DNA of 64,000 nucleotides from Holosporaceae bacterium (GTDB lineage Bacteria; Pseudomonadota; Alphaproteobacteria; UBA7879; UBA5542): NCBI GenBank assembly GCA_022646525.1, contig CP060261.1, positions 664,452 to 728,451 of the forward strand, read 5' to 3'. Shown piece by piece: positions 61,289 to 64,000 of this stretch (position 1 is its first letter; each line of letters starts with the position of its first letter). The notes under the pieces were generated by a model. It saw only the letters and a program-made list of their open reading frames with translations, ran no database searches and was not told where the DNA came from. The position numbers and the translations under genes were made by a program.

Positions 61289-61334
61289 TGGGATATCATG
61301 GGACAGCATGGGCGTCAATGGTATTTTTATGGGA
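61289..61334. promoter_or_regulatory. Putative MraZ operator: TGGGN direct repeats phased at 10 bp
   Basis: TGGGA 61289, TGGGA 61299, TGGGC 61309, TGGT 61319 and TGGGA 61330, located 37-82 nt upstream of the mraZ ATG. Confidence 0.5.
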
Positions 61335-62061
61335 AAATGATTTTTTTCCAAAAAAAATACAAAAAAACAGCGAGATATGAGGCTTGTCTCTGGAGAGGTG
61401 CCTAAAAAAATAAAGGTAAAAAGATAGGAAATCACTTGTTTCGTTGGCGTATTTGATGTGATAGACTGAAGCAAAAAAAAAGACGGATAAGTTGGGGAGT
61501 ACGCGTTATGAAAAAAATTATATTTTTTTGATATTTCTGACATTTTTTGTTTTTTTAAGCGTGAATTGTGGTTTTTCCTCGGGCAGATGTGGGCCCATTC
61601 ATGACTATTCTTTTGGCTTTTTGACCGGATGATGAGCCTGTTTTCAAAGCGATATCAATGCTATACAAGCTGTCCACAGTCGGTTGCCCGACATGGTGCC
61701 TTGGCTTTAGAGTCTGTTTGGCGCCAAAAAATCAGGTTTATCAGATGCACAGTTTTTGCAGAAATTAAGGCGCGAACGGGTGAGGAAAAAAACATGCGGA
61801 ATCTGCCCTATGGTGCATCAAGTCATGTGAAGTACGAACAACACCTAAGTTTCTAGCCCGTTTTTGGGGACGTTGCGCACCCCTCAACTGGTGCGTGTTA
61901 TCGGGCGTTTGATGGGCTACATGTCAACTGAGGGCGCCGATCTTGGTTCAGGGCCCCCCTTCAAAGGAAAGGGAGTAAAAACAAACTTGGATCATGTCGT
62001 TTTTTGCTCCATCTTTTAGAAAAAGGCGGCCTACACATTGCGTCATATGGCGGCTGAGAAA

Positions 62062-62100
62062 AAACAGTTTTTAAAAATCTAGGTATTTTAAAAACTGTTT
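62062..62100. repeat. Perfect 15-bp inverted repeat with a 9-nt spacer
   Basis: aaacagtttttaaaa-atctaggta-ttttaaaaactgttt. Confidence 0.6.
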
Positions 62101-62294
62101 ACTATGAAATGTATGGTATACAGGCCGAGATAGATAGGCATAAATGATACCTCTGCTCTAACACCTTTTTTTCTAAAAAATTTCTTTATTCTATACAGGT
62201 TTACGCATTTTTTTCTTCAAATTTGATCGGTTTTTTTTTTGAGCATGTCCCTCCCATGTCCCTCCTATGACGACCTACAGCATATATACTAAAT

Positions 62295-62540
62295 TCATGC
62301 GAATTGGGGAAGCGCTTTTTCATATTTTGCAAGTATTTCTTTATCAGTAATACTTTGGTGATCAGCAATGACCTCTTTGAGATTTATTATGTCTTGAGGT
62401 GTGGCCGGGGAGGGTCTTTTTGGTGGGGGTCTTAACATTTTCACAGTATGCTCTTGTACAATTTGGGCTCCAGCTAAGTATTGAACATTAAAGTTATTGG
62501 CAATTTCTTCATTTGTTTTTATCAAGATTCTGTTTAACAT
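62295..62540 (-). CDS. Hypothetical protein, last piece of the HTH-module gene chain
   Basis: ORF with TNEEIANNFNVQYLAGAQIV (HTH-like). Confidence 0.35.
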   Translation of the reverse strand: MLNRILIKTNEEIANNFNVQYLAGAQIVQEHTVKMLRPPPKRPSPATPQDIINLKEVIADHQSITDKEILAKYEKALPQFA

Positions 62541-62848
62541 ACTCTTCCAATTCCTCTTTTTTTTCCTTTGGCAAACGTTGCGTATAGACTTGCCCTTTTT
62601 TTGAAGCGGGTGTAATAACTTTGCTGGAAATGTATCCTGCTTTCACGCCAAAACGTTCGGCGAGTGCCCGAATATTTACTTTCCTTGTTGTTGTTGTTCT
62701 ACATATGCTTCCAGAATACGTGTGTGTAGATCTTTTATTTCTTCTTTTGATTTCTGTGGTGCTTTTGCTTTCTTCTCGATGCCCATTTCTTCACGTTTTT
62801 TCTTCAGTGCTCTTGCTATTTGTCTGTGGCTAAAACCCATTTCTTCAG

Positions 62849-63205
62849 CTATTTTTTATAATTGACTTGGTTGCCTTCTTCTTTCATATCCATGGCGGCG
62901 TCCCAAATGGCGTTACGATCCTCTTCCGTCATATTCTTCTGGGGCGGCTGGGTAGGATTAGTGATATGTGATCTTCTGTAGCTGCTACAAACAATTTCTT
63001 TAGTAATTTCTGGATATTCCATCTCTAAAGCTGTTACAATTCTACTTTGACTATACCCTTTTTTGTGAGAGATCCAGAATTTTCTTATCTCGTAAGGAAA
63101 TTTCTTTTCTTGGTAAGCGGAATTTCTTGTCCTTGCGAAGACTTCTATCCTCATCTTCATCGTCAGAATCAGCGGCTGCTGCTTCTGCTTCTGCTTCACT
63201 CGCAA
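62849..63205 (-). CDS. Hypothetical protein with HTH-like module(s)
   Basis: YSQSRIVTALEMEYPEITKEIV. The stretch 62540-62850 encodes further modules in another frame (IAEEMGFSHRQIARALKKK; VNIRALAERFGVKAGYISSKV). Confidence 0.35.
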   Translation of the reverse strand: MRVKQKQKQQPLILTMKMRIEVFARTRNSAYQEKKFPYEIRKFWISHKKGYSQSRIVTALEMEYPEITKEIVCSSYRRSHITNPTQPPQKNMTEEDRNAIWDAAMDMKEEGNQVNYKK

Positions 63206-63900
63206 GTCGTGCTAGAGGCTTGTTGGGGTGAAGAGATGTTGTTTTATCTTCCTCAGAGGTAGAGTCTGGTCTTGGCTCTTTTTACGAGGGTCTTTATCTT
63301 CATCTTCATCGTCTGAGTTTAGGACTCTTTGTCTTTTTCCACGAAATCTTTTGTTATCCTCATCTTCGTCGGATGTTTCCTCATTTTTTTCCTCATCTTC
63401 ATCGTCAGAATCAGCGGCTGCTGCTTCTGCTTCTGCTTCACTCGCAAGTCGTGCTAGAGGCTTGTTGGGGTGAAGAGATGTTGTTTTATCTTCATCTTCA
63501 TCGTCAGAATCAGCGGCTGCTGCTTCTGCTTCTGCTTCACTCTGCAAGTCGTGCTAGAGGCTTGTTGGGGTGAAGAGATGTTGTTTTATCTTCCTCAGAG
63601 GTAGAGTCTGGTCTTGGCTCTTTTTTACGAGGGTCTTTATCTTCATCTTCATCGTCTGAGTTTAGGACTCTTTGTCTTTTCCACGAAATCTTTTGTTATC
63701 CTCATCTTCGTCGGATGTTTCTCATTTTTTCCTCATCTTCATCGTCAGAATCAGCGGCTGCTGCTTCTGCTTCTGCTTCACTCTGCAAGTCGTGCTAGAG
63801 GCTTGTTGGGGTGAAGAGATGTTGTTTTATCTTCATCTTCATCGTCTCAGCGGCTGCAGCCGGCTCTTCTTCTTCACTGGTTGATGGGAAAGATTGCGGT
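63150..63900. repeat. Composite tandem repeat (~340-bp unit containing two ~98-bp acidic modules)
   Basis: catcttcatcgtcagaatcagcggctgctgcttctgcttctgcttcactc recurs at ~63152, 63393, 63491, 63733 and (degenerate) 63833. Spacings are 241, 98, 242 and 100. Confidence 0.8.
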
Positions 63901-64000
63901 GCTTGATGAGCGTCTTCAGGATCACCGCTGTTCATGGGATGATCATCATCTTCTTCTTCGTTGTCATTATCATTCTCTTCTGGGGCAGAATGGGCAGAAG
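63212..64000 (-). pseudogene. Acidic repeat protein, partial (runs off the window), frame-broken
   Basis: The minus strand encodes SEAEAEAAAADSDDEDE(D/E)K, KTTSLHPNKPLARLA and RQRVLNSDDEDEDKDPRKK repeatedly, in shifting frames. Confidence 0.4.

Noticed and set aside
62295-63205. An IS element or transposase
   Set aside because: Only short HTH-like modules are visible. There is no DDE/DEDD or serine/tyrosine recombinase motif, no terminal inverted repeats and no target duplication.

Overview
This 64-kb window looks like it comes from a host-restricted, intracellular-style alphaproteobacterium. That placement is an inference from three things: GTA-type terminase and holin remnants, the dcw gene order, and many genes with a Sec signal peptide, LRRs or tandem repeats set in AT-rich spacers.

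Layout:
- 1-2.6 kb: holin plus a frameshifted GH24 lysozyme remnant.
- 2.7-5.0 kb: a translationally coupled three-gene operon whose last two products carry ribonuclease-inhibitor-type leucine-rich repeats.
- 5-12.7 kb: mostly unrecognisable, often frame-broken secreted or coiled-coil genes.
- 13.1-15.7 kb: infA, yacG and an outer-membrane beta-barrel gene.
- 16.1-18.0 kb: frame-broken UbiH-family monooxygenase and sodB.
- 18.7-21.4 kb: a chain of unknown same-strand ORFs.
- 21.4-26.1 kb: a GTA-type large terminase split into N and C parts by a roughly 3.5-kb insertion carrying two more OMP paralogs.
- 27.4-35 kb: secreted acidic proteins and a divergent pair of secreted class-I methyltransferase-like genes.
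- 36.3-61.3 kb, minus strand: the dcw cluster mraZ-rsmH-ftsL-ftsI-murE-murF // mraY-murD-ftsW-murG-murC-murB-ddl-ftsQ-ftsA-ftsZ.
- 62.3-64 kb: an acidic tandem-repeat gene with several HTH-like modules that runs off the window.

The dcw cluster is interrupted between murF and mraY by a 7.4-kb island. The core of that island is two tandem signal-peptide genes built from about 40 copies of a 105-bp (35-residue) repeat. This is the most unusual object in the window.

A second window-wide signal is a very high density of +/-1 nt indels in mononucleotide runs. They break ftsZ (at least 7), ftsI (at least 5), rsmH, the murE/murF junction, murF, ftsA, ftsQ, sodB and others, yet an 8-kb block (ddl through mraY) is untouched. 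From the sequence alone I cannot tell assembly error from real decay or slippage.

I found no rRNA, tRNA, CRISPR array or recognisable transposase. Hairpin and promoter coordinates are hand-derived and may be off by a few nt.
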